Source: Chloropicon primus (lineage: Eukaryota). Taken from it: DNA of 64,000 nucleotides. Positions 52,037 to 62,734 of this stretch are shown here, piece by piece (position 1 is the stretch's first letter; each line of letters begins with the position of its first letter). The notes below the pieces were generated by a model that had not been told where the DNA came from, did no database searches, and saw nothing but the letters and a program-made list of their open reading frames with translations. Location: NCBI GenBank assembly GCA_023205875.1, contig CP060758.1, forward strand, positions 930,001-994,000, in the 5' to 3' direction. The translations under genes and the position numbers were made by a program.

Positions 52037-53557
52037 TTAGTCGGCCCAGGCAAACGACCTCGTTACGGCATCAAGATACTTGTCGTACTTGGCCCTCCTC
52101 TCGTCCTCCCCCATCGCCGGACTAAAGTCCTTCTGCCCTTGCATGAAATCGGGGTGGAAGATTTTCTCCTCGGTGAACATGCCCAGGAAGATTCCCGCGG
52201 CAAAGGCCGCTCCTATCGCGGTGCTCTCCACGTTGTCTGGCCTCGTGATCGGGATGCCGAGGATGTCAGACTGAAACTGGAGCAGGAAATCGTTGGAACT
52301 GGCTCCTCCGTCGACCCTAAGGGCCGTGAGTTTCTCCCCGTAGTCCTCCGCCATGGCATCGAGAACTCCCCTCGACTGGAAGGCCAAAGCCTCCAGGGTC
52401 GCCCTGGCGATGTGGGCCCTGGTCGTGTACTGGGTCAGTCCAATGAGCAGCCCGCGGGCATCCTCCCTCCAGTAGGGGGCCAGGAGTCCACTGAAGGCCG
52501 GGACGAAGACGACGCCACCAGTATCCTCGACGCTCTCTGCCAGCGCTTTCGTTTCCTTCGGATCATCTATGATGTTTATGCCGTCCCTGAGCCAGCTCAC
52601 GGACACTCCACCCGTAGCCACGGCGCCCTCCAGGGCGTATTGGGGCTCCTTGCCCTTCCCGAGCTGGAAGCACGCCGTGGTGAGCAGACCGTGCTTGGAC
52701 GGCACCAAGTTCTTCCCCGTGTTCATGAGCAAGAAGAGTCCGGTTCCGTAGGTGTTCTTCGCCTCCCCGGGCCTGCACCTCTGTCCAAGGGTGGCGGCCT
52801 GCTGGTCGCCGATGCACCCGCAGATGGGAGTGCCCTCCAGGCTGCCGCTGGCCACCTTGCCGTACAGCTCAGAGTTACTCACGATGGCGGGAAGGGTGCC
52901 GACGTCGATGTCGAACTTGGCCGCGACCTCCTCATCCCACTGCAGGGTCTCGAGATTCATCAGGAGGTACCTCGAGGCGTTCGTGATGTCAGAGACGTGC
53001 ACCCCGCCCTTCGCGCCCCCGGTCAAGTTGTAGAGCAGCCAGGAGTCCACCGTGCCGAACTTGCAAGTCTTCGCTTCCACTGCCTTGGCGACCGCAGGCA
53101 CGTTGTCTATGAGCCACCTTATCTTCACGGCGCTGAAGTAGGTGCTCAGAGGCAGGCCAGTGGACTTGCGGAACGCGTCCCTGTTCCCGCCGTTCTCCTC
53201 GAGAATTCTCTTGACAACACCCGTCGTCCTCAGGTCGTGCCAGACGAGGGCGTTGTGCAGGGCCTCCCCGGTCACGCTGTCCCAGGCTATCGTGGTCTCC
53301 CTCTGGTTCGTGATCCCTATCCCCTTGACAACGACGTTGGAGACGCCGTGCTTCTTCTTCGCCTCCTCGACGCAGATCGCCATGCACGACTCGACGCTCT
53401 GGAACAACTCCCAAGGGTCCTGCTCGGCCCAACCAGGGTGGGGGACGATGGACTTCACCTCGATCTGATGCGACGCGATGACCCGTGCGTGCTCATCATA
53501 CAACACGAAGCGGGTGGACTGCGTCCCCTGATCGATAGCGCCAACCAGCTCAAGCAT
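52037..53557 (-). CDS. GK: Glycerol kinase (FGGY family)
   Basis: GAIDQGTQSTRF, GITNQRETT, SDITNASRYLL, GDQQAA, KNTYGTG, FVPAFSGLLAPYW, LRVDGGAS; ATG at 53557. Confidence 0.95.
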   Translation of the reverse strand: MLELVGAIDQGTQSTRFVLYDEHARVIASHQIEVKSIVPHPGWAEQDPWELFQSVESCMAICVEEAKKKHGVSNVVVKGIGITNQRETTIAWDSVTGEALHNALVWHDLRTTGVVKRILEENGGNRDAFRKSTGLPLSTYFSAVKIRWLIDNVPAVAKAVEAKTCKFGTVDSWLLYNLTGGAKGGVHVSDITNASRYLLMNLETLQWDEEVAAKFDIDVGTLPAIVSNSELYGKVASGSLEGTPICGCIGDQQAATLGQRCRPGEAKNTYGTGLFLLMNTGKNLVPSKHGLLTTACFQLGKGKEPQYALEGAVATGGVSVSWLRDGINIIDDPKETKALAESVEDTGGVVFVPAFSGLLAPYWREDARGLLIGLTQYTTRAHIARATLEALAFQSRGVLDAMAEDYGEKLTALRVDGGASSNDFLLQFQSDILGIPITRPDNVESTAIGAAFAAGIFLGMFTEEKIFHPDFMQGQKDFSPAMGEDERRAKYDKYLDAVTRSFAWAD

Positions 53558-53725
53558 TCTCCTCTCCCCTCCTCGTCTCGGACTGCGAAAACCGTGGCGG
53601 TCTTCTTCCTCTCGTGCGCGACCCGAACGCGAAACCAGCTTCCCTCTGAAACCCAAAAACCTTTGGCTCTCTGCCTGCCAAGGGGACGAGGACGAGGACG
53701 CGGAGGAAACCAGGTCCTTGGAAGT

Positions 53726-55813
53726 ATGAGCGGCAGCGCGACGGTCCAAGGGACGGGGACGACGGGTCCGCCGTCGAAAGCTCAAACTGCTTCTACTTCT
53801 TCTTCTTCCCCTTCCCCAAGCAGACCGAAGCAATTTGGTGGGCTCGGAGGAGAGAACGCGGTGATCAAGAAGAGGGTGAAGAACTTGCTTTCGAAGACTT
53901 CCCCGTCTTCCAGGACGGAGGTCCTCGAGTCCCTCAAGGGTCTCGCCGCGACTTCCTCGACCGTGATCCACCCGAGTCGCCAAGTCGGCAAATCATTCCT
54001 CAAGCAGCAGCTGGCGAGGACCCCTGAGGTCTCCATCCTGGACTCCGTCCTGGCCAACTCGGCTGACCTTCTCTCGGACCTCGAGACGCTGGAGAGGGAC
54101 ATCTCCGCGATATACAGCCTGGCCGACGAGCTGGACGCCGCCCTCTTGTCCGCCCGCCTGTCCTCGAAGGCGATGCTGGCGGACCGCAGCAGGCTCCTGG
54201 AGAACCAGAGGAAGGCCAAGGACCAGGCTGAGGTGCTGGAGAGCTTCAACGTGCTCTTCAACGTGAGCGAGGAGCACCTCGCGGCGTTGGACAGGGCGTC
54301 CTCGAGCCCGCTGCAGGACGTCAAGTCGCCCCTCATCACGGTGTCCTTCTTCGAGGCCCTCGAGAGGGTCCAGGCGGTCCACGCGAACTGCAGGCTCTTG
54401 CTCCGGGGGAACCACAGGAGGGCGGGCCTGGCCCTCATGGACCGCATGTCGGGGCTGCAGGAGAAGGCCTACGAGTCCCTGTGCCGGTGGGTCCAGACGG
54501 GGATGAGCCTGAACGACGGAGGGGAGGGGGAGGGCGAGGGCGATGACAGCCTGCTGCACCGGGCGATCGCGGCCTTGCGGACGAGGCCCGTCCTCCTCAA
54601 GTACTGCGCGGAGGAGGTGGCCTCCGCGAGGCACAACAGCTTCTTCAGGAAGTTCTTGGACGCCCTGACGGCGCCCGCCATGGAGAGGGAGCGGATCTCG
54701 AGGCCCTCGTCGTACGTCTCCAAGGTGTTCGACTGGATCTCGGGCAACATGGACAAGGAGAGGAGGCTCTTCCACAGGCTCTTCTCCGAGAGCGGCTCCT
54801 CGGGGAACATCGCGTCCCTCCTGGACAGGGTCTTCGAGGGCGTCTGCAGGCCGCTGTCGACTAGAATCGAGCAGGTGCTTCAGGTGAACAACGCGACTAG
54901 GCAGCTCGACTTGTTTCAGATCTGCCTTACCCTCTCCACCTACTCTGGGCAGCTGCGGGAGGCCCTTGGGGAGGAGAGCGCTCTGGCAAAGACCACGAGG
55001 GAGTACTACGGGAAGGCCGTGGAGGCCTTCGAGGTGGAGATGACACAGAGGCAAAGCAAGAAGCTGTTGGCGTCCTCAGAGGCGTCCTTCGAGCAGGAGC
55101 TGAAGGTGCTGGCGGACCTTGGGTCGTTGTCCTCCAAGTCCCTGGATTCGGGGAAGGAAGGCGGAGACATCGGTGTCCTGGAGGCCGCTTTGAGCCGATG
55201 CGTGGGCCGACTGTGCGACTTTTGTGAGTCCATGGCGGACCACCAAGCGAGGAACCAGTCCAAGGGGGAGAAGGGCTTCTCCCTTGGGAAGATATCAAGC
55301 TCCGGCGGTGGCGCAGGTTCGGACTCCACCATTCTCCTCATCAACGCGTTGTTCCGGGTCTTGGGCACGCTGGAAAAGGAGGAGGGCGGCTTGCTGGGGG
55401 GAACGGGGGTCCGGGAAAGAGTCTCAGGCCTTCTTGAGGGACTGGTCTCGAGCTTCCAGCCCACTGGGCTGCGGGAGAGGTTGGAGAGGATCGGGATGTA
55501 TCAAGGAGAGAACGGCCAGTTTTCGGCGGAAATCTCTAGAGACCCCGACCTGTCCCTGGACATTCTGAGGACCCAGCTCGATGACATCCACAACTACCTG
55601 CTGGAGCTGCTCAGGGGGGAGAAGGACGACAAGCTGAAGCAGCTCGACCTGCTCGCCGCGCCAGAGGCGAGGTCCATGGCACAGAACAAGGTTCTCGTGT
55701 CCTTCTCGGATGCTTACGCGTGCATCTATTCTTCCATCGCCGCTCAGGGCAAAGCGGGTCACATCCAGCACTCCCCTGACTACATCAAGGACTTGGTCAA
55801 GACTCTCTGCTGA
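53726..55813 (+). CDS. COG6: Conserved oligomeric Golgi complex subunit 6
   Basis: FFEALERVQAVHANCRLLL...AGLALMD...QEKAYESLCRWVQ; RPVLLKYCAEEVASARH; LLDRVFEGVCRPL. Start taken at MSGSATVQ. Confidence 0.85.
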   Translation: MSGSATVQGTGTTGPPSKAQTASTSSSSPSPSRPKQFGGLGGENAVIKKRVKNLLSKTSPSSRTEVLESLKGLAATSSTVIHPSRQVGKSFLKQQLARTPEVSILDSVLANSADLLSDLETLERDISAIYSLADELDAALLSARLSSKAMLADRSRLLENQRKAKDQAEVLESFNVLFNVSEEHLAALDRASSSPLQDVKSPLITVSFFEALERVQAVHANCRLLLRGNHRRAGLALMDRMSGLQEKAYESLCRWVQTGMSLNDGGEGEGEGDDSLLHRAIAALRTRPVLLKYCAEEVASARHNSFFRKFLDALTAPAMERERISRPSSYVSKVFDWISGNMDKERRLFHRLFSESGSSGNIASLLDRVFEGVCRPLSTRIEQVLQVNNATRQLDLFQICLTLSTYSGQLREALGEESALAKTTREYYGKAVEAFEVEMTQRQSKKLLASSEASFEQELKVLADLGSLSSKSLDSGKEGGDIGVLEAALSRCVGRLCDFCESMADHQARNQSKGEKGFSLGKISSSGGGAGSDSTILLINALFRVLGTLEKEEGGLLGGTGVRERVSGLLEGLVSSFQPTGLRERLERIGMYQGENGQFSAEISRDPDLSLDILRTQLDDIHNYLLELLRGEKDDKLKQLDLLAAPEARSMAQNKVLVSFSDAYACIYSSIAAQGKAGHIQHSPDYIKDLVKTLC

Positions 55814-55839
55814 AGGGGACTAAGGTTTTAGGGGGAAAA

Positions 55840-55846
55840 TACATAC

Positions 55847-55882
<36 letters not shown>
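55840..55882. repeat. (TACA)n/(TA)n microsatellite between convergent genes
   Basis: acatacatac...atatatatat. Confidence 0.85.
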
Positions 55883-55883
<1 letters not shown>

Positions 55884-55943
55884 TATTGAAACGTGGCGTG
55901 TGCGTGGAGAAATTTTTTTTGCCCATTCTCGTCGTCGTCGTCC

Positions 55944-57168
55944 TCAATTCTCCTTGACCTGGATGACCACCTTTCCCGAGGTTTGGCCAGATTGGAAGAG
56001 GCTTTGCGTGGAGAAAACAAGTCAGGCCGCTTGCACAAAATGTCCCGTTCAAGCGATTCACTTTCACTCACCGTAACGCTCCTGGCAGCTCCTCAAAGTC
56101 AAACGTGTTTCCGACGAGAGGTGGCTTCAGGTTCATCTCATAGAGCTGGTCCAGCAAAGCTGCGAGCTGACCGACCTTGGAGAACATCCAGATCAAGTTG
56201 AACCCCATCACGCTCTTGTTCTGGGCGGGGAGCTCGAGGGGATCCACCTTGGGCCTCGTAAGATATTTGTAAGCGAGCTTAAGGCCCACCATGGGATTCA
56301 AGAGCGTCCAAACCTTGTCCCCCTGCGGAGTCATGTCCGCAGCCCCGTACACGACGTGCCTGCCTCCCGGCCCAAGGCAGTCGAAGGTCGGCTGAAAGTA
56401 CTTTCCAGCAACGGCATCCAGGGCAATGTCGAAGCTGGCGGCACCCAAGAACCTCAAGGAAGTTCTCAGCTGATCTTGGTACTCTGCAGGTGAGCTAGAG
56501 CGCACGATGACTTGCTCCTTGCTCATGTAGCCTGGAAACCGGTCCAGGACCACGTCAACTTTTGAGCTCGAGCCCACCGTACCTATGGCTTTGGCTCCCA
56601 AGGCTTTCAATATGGCCAGCGCCAAGAGGCCGCAGCCCCCCGCGCAGGAGTGAACGAGGACGACCTGCCCCGGCTTGACATTTCCCAGCTCCTTCAGTCC
56701 GTAGAAGCTTGTGAGCGCCTGGACGTTGAACGCAGCGCCTTGCTCGAAGGACCAGCTCTTGGGAATGTGCCGGAGTTGGTGTGCAGGCGCCAGGATCGAC
56801 GTGGAGTAGGCCCCGAATCGAACGACCCCGCTGACCCTGTCTCCTGGCTTGAAGGAACTCGCCTCCCTCTCGGCCCTCTCCCTGGCATCAGCGCACGCAA
56901 ACTCCACCGTCGTCTCTACGTCGGGCGAAGGCTTCGTCCCAACCGCCGCAACAACGCCGCTGAACTCGAGTCCAGGTACGAACTCCCCCTTTGGCGTAGC
57001 CGAATACAGCCCGAGGACTGAGAACACGTCGGCGAAGTTCAAACCGATGCACCTCACGTTGATGAGGACCTCGCCGTGCCCCGGCCTCTCCACCTGGCGC
57101 AAGCTCTTGAGCTGGAGGTTCTTCACACTGCCAGCCCTGAGAACCCAAGCCTTCCTCGTTCCATTCAT
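55944..57168 (-). CDS. MDR-family NADPH:quinone/enoyl oxidoreductase (VAT-1-like), exons 57168-56072 and 56001-55944, ~384 aa
   Basis: IGLNFADV, VPGLEFSG, VLVHSCAGGCG. A 70-nt intron GTGAGT...cctgac...AAAG restores the typical end ALRLFQSGQTSGKVVIQV. Confidence 0.85.
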
Positions 57169-57694
57169 CTCGCAGCAGCGAGCTGCGCCTTGCTGCTGCT
57201 GGAGACTCCTGTCTTGGTTTTGATGGGACTCAAACACGAAGAGATGATGATGAAGCAGACTGGTGATGGTGAGAGAGATGAAAGAGATGAGACTTCCAAG
57301 TCCTGCCCAGTCGTCTCGTCCACAACAATGGAAAAGAGTGAATCGGAATCGGAGTCGGAATCCTCTCTTTGGCTGTCTTGGCTCTTCGGCTCGCGCTGTT
57401 GTCTCTGGGGGTCCGCGTCCCAAGGAAAGGATTTCAAGGATTTGAAACTGAACTGGCAGCAAGGCAAAGGTGAAGACGGCAGAAGGGAGAGGACCACCAC
57501 CGACCACCACAACGACGACGAGGAGGGGGGCAGAAGGGGGGAGGAGGACAATGACGGCCTGAGGGACGGTGGGTGCTCGTTGGAGAGTCGAGAGGTAGGG
57601 AGGGGAGGGGAGGTTTGTTGTGTTTGGGCATCGTCATCAACAACAACGTATCATCATCCCAAGGGAAGATTTGTTGTGTTTGTCCACCACGAAG

Positions 57695-60293
57695 ATGTTG
57701 AGGAACAAGCCGGACTGGACGGAGAAGGGGAGCCGGGGGGTGGGGTTTCAGACGGTGGTTCACGTGAAGAGCGCGAGGGACAAGGACACAAAGCAGCTTG
57801 TGCTGTCGAGGAACGCCGTGTCCATTCTCAAGCCAGGGAGGGCGAGGGTGGAGCCTGAAGACGAGTTCGTGGTGGACGCCGTGTTCGGGCAGGAGACGAC
57901 GGCGTCGGACGTGGCGAGGAATGCGATCAAGCCGCTGGTGACGAAGCTGGTGGGCGGGGAGAACGTCTACGTCTTCCTCTTCGGGGCGGCGGAGACCAGC
58001 AAGACGGACCTGCTGGAGGGCGACGGGGAGAAGGGCGGCAGCAACCTGGTGGACCTCGCGGCGTCAGAGCTCTTCCGCGCCCTCAGCGCGAAGAACAAGG
58101 ACGTGATGGATTACCTCGCCACTGTTAGGGACCAGGGCCAGGGTTCGAGGAGTCACCAGTACGACTTCTTCGTGGAGTCCTCCTTCGCGGAGGTCTACAA
58201 CGAGAGGTGCAGGTGCCTCTTCTCGCCGGGGGGGAGGCCGGACGAGCTCTCCGTGGCAGAGGACGAGAACGAGGGGTACAGGCTGCAGGGCCAAGTGATG
58301 AAAACGTGCAGCGACGCGCAGGAGCTGTCGAGGGATTACGCCAAAGGGCTGTCCAACAGAGACAAGAGGATGACTGACATCGGAAACTCGGAAGAGAGGA
58401 CCTCCACGGTCTTCTCCATCTCGGTGGACCAGCTGGTCCCCCCTGCCTACCTTAGCCAAAGGAGGCAGCAGGGCGGCGCCTCCTCGTCCTCCTCGTCCTC
58501 CTCGGAAGCGGCGGCGGGGACCCAGAAGAAGCACCAAGTTCACTTGAAGTCGAAGCTCACTTTTGTCAACTTGCCTGGCACGGAGAGGCTCCTGATGGAC
58601 CCGGACGTCTTGAGGGCGAGGGAGGGGGTGAGCCTGAACAAGTCTCTGCTGACGTTTGCTCAGTGCTTGAGGAGGTTGGGATCGGGGGAGATGGACGCTG
58701 GCACGGACTTCCTTGCGGAGGAATCGACGCTCACCAAGCTCGTTCAAGACGGTTTGGGCGGGAATGCCAACTGCTTGATGATAGCGACGCTGAAGACGGA
58801 CTCTAGAAACGATTGGCAGCAAAACATTGCGACCATGAGGTACGTCAGCTTGGCGAGGAGGGTTCGCAACTTCCCTTGCTGCAACGATGATGCCACGAGG
58901 GCGCTCTTCAAGCGGCTGAGGAGCAGGCTGATCCACTTGAAGGACCAGAGGGAGAGTCTGTCAGACCACCTTAAGGACGTCCCAGCGTTCGGGGACGTCG
59001 AGGCTGGAGCGAATTACGCGGCCAAGTTGCACCAGATGGAGCGCCTCCTCCTTGAGGAAAAGGAGAGGTCTGCAGACGTCCTGGAGGAGTGCCACGCCCT
59101 CCAGTCTCGCCTGAATGACAGCGCCGAGAGGGACAAGGAGGTGTCCCTCGAGAAGGTCAATCTCCAGGAGGCCCTGATCAAGAGCGAGGAGGAGAGACTG
59201 GAGATCGCCAAGGCCCTGATTGACTTCCAGGTGGAACACAACCAGGGCATCGCCGAGGCCGAGAGAACCAAGTTTGACCTCGAGAAGCGCGTCCTGGAGC
59301 TGGAGACGCAGGTGGTGGAGCGGGAGGTGAAGGAGGGGGAGCACGAGAGGGCGCAGGGGGAGCTCAAGGACCAGGCCCACAAGCTGGAGGAGGAGAAGCA
59401 GAATTACCAGGCGGAGTCAGAAAAGCTCACGGACGAGCTGGAGCCGCTGAGGGAGAAGGTCAAGGCCCTGGAGGTCGAGAACGAGGACTTCAGGTCGAAA
59501 TCAGAGCTTTACGAGGCGGCCTTGGACGAGAACAGAAACCTTCGATCCGACAACTCCCAGAAGGACACGCAGGTGCAGGAGCTCCAGAGCGAGGCCTCGG
59601 ATCTCCGCAGGGAGTTGGACAGGCTCAGGAACGACCTTTCCCTGCTCAGGCTGGACAGGGACGGGGAGCAGGAGAGCCACGTCAAACAGCTCGAGGGTCT
59701 CTTCCAGGAGGTGAGCGAGCTGAACCGGTTCGTCCGCCTGTCGTACACCGATCCGGAGAGCGAGGTGGTGAAGGCCAGGGGAATCACCTCGCCGACCGCC
59801 CTCAGTGAAAAGTCCGAGGAGCTCTTGCAGGCCCTGGAGGACGTCCAGGTGAAGAGGCACAAGACCCTCCGCACGGAACTGGAATCCGTTCAGCAGAGGT
59901 ACGGCGACCTCTCGAGGCGGTTCCGGGCGCTTTACAGGGCGTACAGGGAGCTACGGTACAGGTTCGAGGAGGGGGAGGAGCTTGGCTCCTCCTCCACTGA
60001 CGCCGTTGCCGGTCAGGCGGAGGGCGGGCACGTGGTGATGCACGAGGACGACATCTGCAAGGGGGACGAGCCCCTGCCGCCCGGCGAGGCCCACCTCCGG
60101 AAGGAAATCTTGGAGGCCGAGGAGAAGATCATCAAGCTGGAGAGGAAGCTGAAGAGGCAGGAGATCATGCTGGAGAACACGGCGAGGGACCAGGACACGA
60201 GGTACGACGAGGTGGTGGAGGGCGCGAACTACAAGTCAGTCGCTCCCCCTCCCTCCCTGGGCCTGAGCGGCGTGCCCGCGAATCCCGCGGCGG

Positions 60294-60327
<34 letters not shown>

Positions 60328-60820
60328 CGAGGGGGACTCCCAGCTCGCCATGGAGAACCAGAGGCTGAAGAAGGAGATCGAGGCCCTCAAATCCCGGCCG
60401 CCGAACACGCCGGAGGACAGGGTCCGGCGAGAGAACGAGGTCTTGCACGCCCAGCTCCAAGAGTTGGAGGGGGCCGACAGGACGAGGGTCCAGCTGTCTA
60501 TGGACATCGTGAAGCTCAAGGCCGAGATCGACAAGCTGAGGCAGGGCGCCAACTTTGGAGCGAACGACCTGCAGCAGCAGCTCAAGGAGTTCACGATGCA
60601 GACCCAAGTCGAGCTGGAGACGGAGATCGCATCCCTGGAGTCCCGGTGCGCAATGGCGGAAGAGCAGCTCAACTCGACCAACCGGTACTGGGCCCAGGCC
60701 AGCCTGGCGTACCAGAAAGAGATCATGAGGCTCCGCACCGTCGTGGGCAGGTACGACCCGGACTCTCTGAACGGCGACCTCAACAGTGCGATGGGTCTCG
60801 CCGGTCTCCCGTCCCATTAA
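57695..60820 (+). CDS. Degenerate kinesin-motor-like protein with a long CCDC78-like coiled coil
   Basis: Kinesin hallmarks FVVDAVF, SFAEVYNE, NKSLLTF, ESTLTKLVQDGLGGNA; C-terminal coiled coil; poly-Q (CAG) near 60296-60324. Confidence 0.78.
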
Positions 60821-61187
60821 ATGACTTGCATTCGTTGTAGTACAAGTGAGGCGTGACGACGTAACGTCCAGACCTTCCACCATTGCATTCCCCTCGTGGA
60901 CGTCTTGGATCTCATTTTTCAAGGAAGGAACGAGAGGCTGGCGACTGCGGAGACCGGGGGAGAGGGAGATCGGATCGAGTCGAGCGACGGCCGGCCACCG
61001 ACGACACGGCGACAGACGAGCGCGACGACGGGGAGGGTCGGTTTTAGGGAGGGGAGCGAGAGGAGTTGTTCCGTTACTTAACTCGCCCGGCGGCGCGTGT
61101 CCCCGAGGTAACGGCGCGCTCTTGCGGCAAGAACGTATCGATCGACAGCGAGAGGCACAGGGGTAGGCGCGCGAAAGGAAAGATAAG

Positions 61188-62381
61188 ATGGTGAACCAGA
61201 CGCAGGTGAGGCTGAGGAAGAAGGGGACGGCGTCGATGGCTGTGGCGTCGAAGAATGCGACGAGAGGCTTCGCGGGGGGGAGGTACGAGGCGGACCTGAG
61301 GGTCGCGTGCGAGGCGGTGCGTCTCGCGAGCAAGCTCTGCCGGGCGAGCCAGCTCCAGCTCAAGGAGAACGAGAACACGAACCAGACCAAGGCCGACAAG
61401 CTGAGCTCGCCCGTGACGGTGGCGGACCTCGGGGCCCAGGCGATCGTGTCGTGGGCCCTGCAGAACCTCGAGGGGGAGGCCAGGACGGCGGCGCGGGGGG
61501 ACTCGTTCTCCCTGGTGGCGGAGGAGGACTCTGACTTCCTGCGCAGCGAGGAGGGGAGCGACCTCAGGAGGAGGGTGGTGGACCTGGTGAACACGACGCT
61601 GGCGAGCACGGACCTGCCGGCTCTGACGGAGCAGGAGGTCCTCAGCGCGATCGACGAGGGGAGGAGCGAGGGGGGGAGCGACAGGAGGCACTGGGTTCTG
61701 GACCCGATCGATGGCACGCGGGGCTTTGTGGGCAACAGGCAGTACGCCATCGCCCTAGCCTTGCTGGACGACGGCGAGCCCGTGCTCGGGGTTCTGGGCT
61801 GCCCAAACCTCTCCCTGGAGACGGAGGACCTCGACGCTAGGAGCGCCAGGGGGTCCTCCCCCTCCTCCTCCAGCTCCGAGGCGGCGGAGGACCAGAGCGG
61901 GTACCTCTTCCTCGCCGAGAAGGAGCGGGGCGCCTTCGCGGTCGGGATCTCCTCCAGCGAGGACGAGAACCCGGCCGTGCAGAGGATCAAAGTCGACGAG
62001 GTTGCGGCGGAGGAAGCCGTTTACATGGAGTCGGTCGAGTCCAAGCACAGCGACCACGCCTTTGCGAGAAGGGTCGCGGAGAACTCTGGAATCACGGCGC
62101 AGTCCCTCAAGCTGGACTCCCAGGTCAAGTACGGGGTGATCGCCAGCGGCAAAGCCTCGGCCTTCATGAGGTTCCCCGACCTGGACTACAAGGAGTGGAT
62201 CTGGGACCACGCCGCGGGCGCCATCATCATGGAGGAGGCCGGGGGCGTGGTTACCGACGCGGCGGGAAAGAAGCTGGACTTCAGCAAGGGCAGGACCCTG
62301 AACAACGGCAACGGTATCGTGGCCGCCCCCCCAAAGCTCCACAAGAAGCTCATAGACTCCATCAGGGCCCTGAAGAACTAG
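61188..62381 (+). CDS. SAL1: 3'(2'),5'-bisphosphate nucleotidase (SAL1/HAL2-like PAP phosphatase)
   Basis: SPVTVADLGAQA, LVAEEDS, WVLDPIDGTRGF, GVLGCPNL, DSQVKYG, WIWDHAAG. Confidence 0.92.
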   Translation: MVNQTQVRLRKKGTASMAVASKNATRGFAGGRYEADLRVACEAVRLASKLCRASQLQLKENENTNQTKADKLSSPVTVADLGAQAIVSWALQNLEGEARTAARGDSFSLVAEEDSDFLRSEEGSDLRRRVVDLVNTTLASTDLPALTEQEVLSAIDEGRSEGGSDRRHWVLDPIDGTRGFVGNRQYAIALALLDDGEPVLGVLGCPNLSLETEDLDARSARGSSPSSSSSEAAEDQSGYLFLAEKERGAFAVGISSSEDENPAVQRIKVDEVAAEEAVYMESVESKHSDHAFARRVAENSGITAQSLKLDSQVKYGVIASGKASAFMRFPDLDYKEWIWDHAAGAIIMEEAGGVVTDAAGKKLDFSKGRTLNNGNGIVAAPPKLHKKLIDSIRALKN

Positions 62382-62734
62382 AGATACACCTTATGGATCC
62401 ATTATTCTGGATTGATGCCTCACCGTTTGTAAAATTACTGCTTGCAAAATTCCAGTTATTACTTTTGTCTCTCCTGAACACCCCACCCCCCAAAGAGAGT
62501 GAGGGACAAGAGGGGACCGCCAAAAGAGGTCGCGTTGCAGGAAACTTGCGCGGGGCTCCTCCTCCTGCTGTCTTTGCCGCCCTGATCCGGGTTTCGGTCC
62601 GACGAAAAAGACGCCACCTTGGAGGACGAGCTCAACCGCTTGGCACCACCAACGATGCTGGTGGAGGTGTGCAGCAGTGGAGGGGAGGGAGCAGGCAGGT
62701 CGAGAGGATAGAGAATGCGACGACGACCGAGGTG

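Noticed and set aside
52139..53725. N-terminal ~530 aa of the 1224-aa plus ORF as part of COG6
   Set aside because: It is the antisense of glycerol kinase; COG6 similarity begins after Met 53726.
53558..53983. N-terminal extension of glycerol kinase in the ORF track
   Set aside because: Overlaps the COG6 start on the other strand; family similarity begins at MLELVGAIDQG.
60236..61990. 584-aa minus-strand ORF
   Set aside because: Antisense across the kinesin-like and SAL1-like genes; no motifs.
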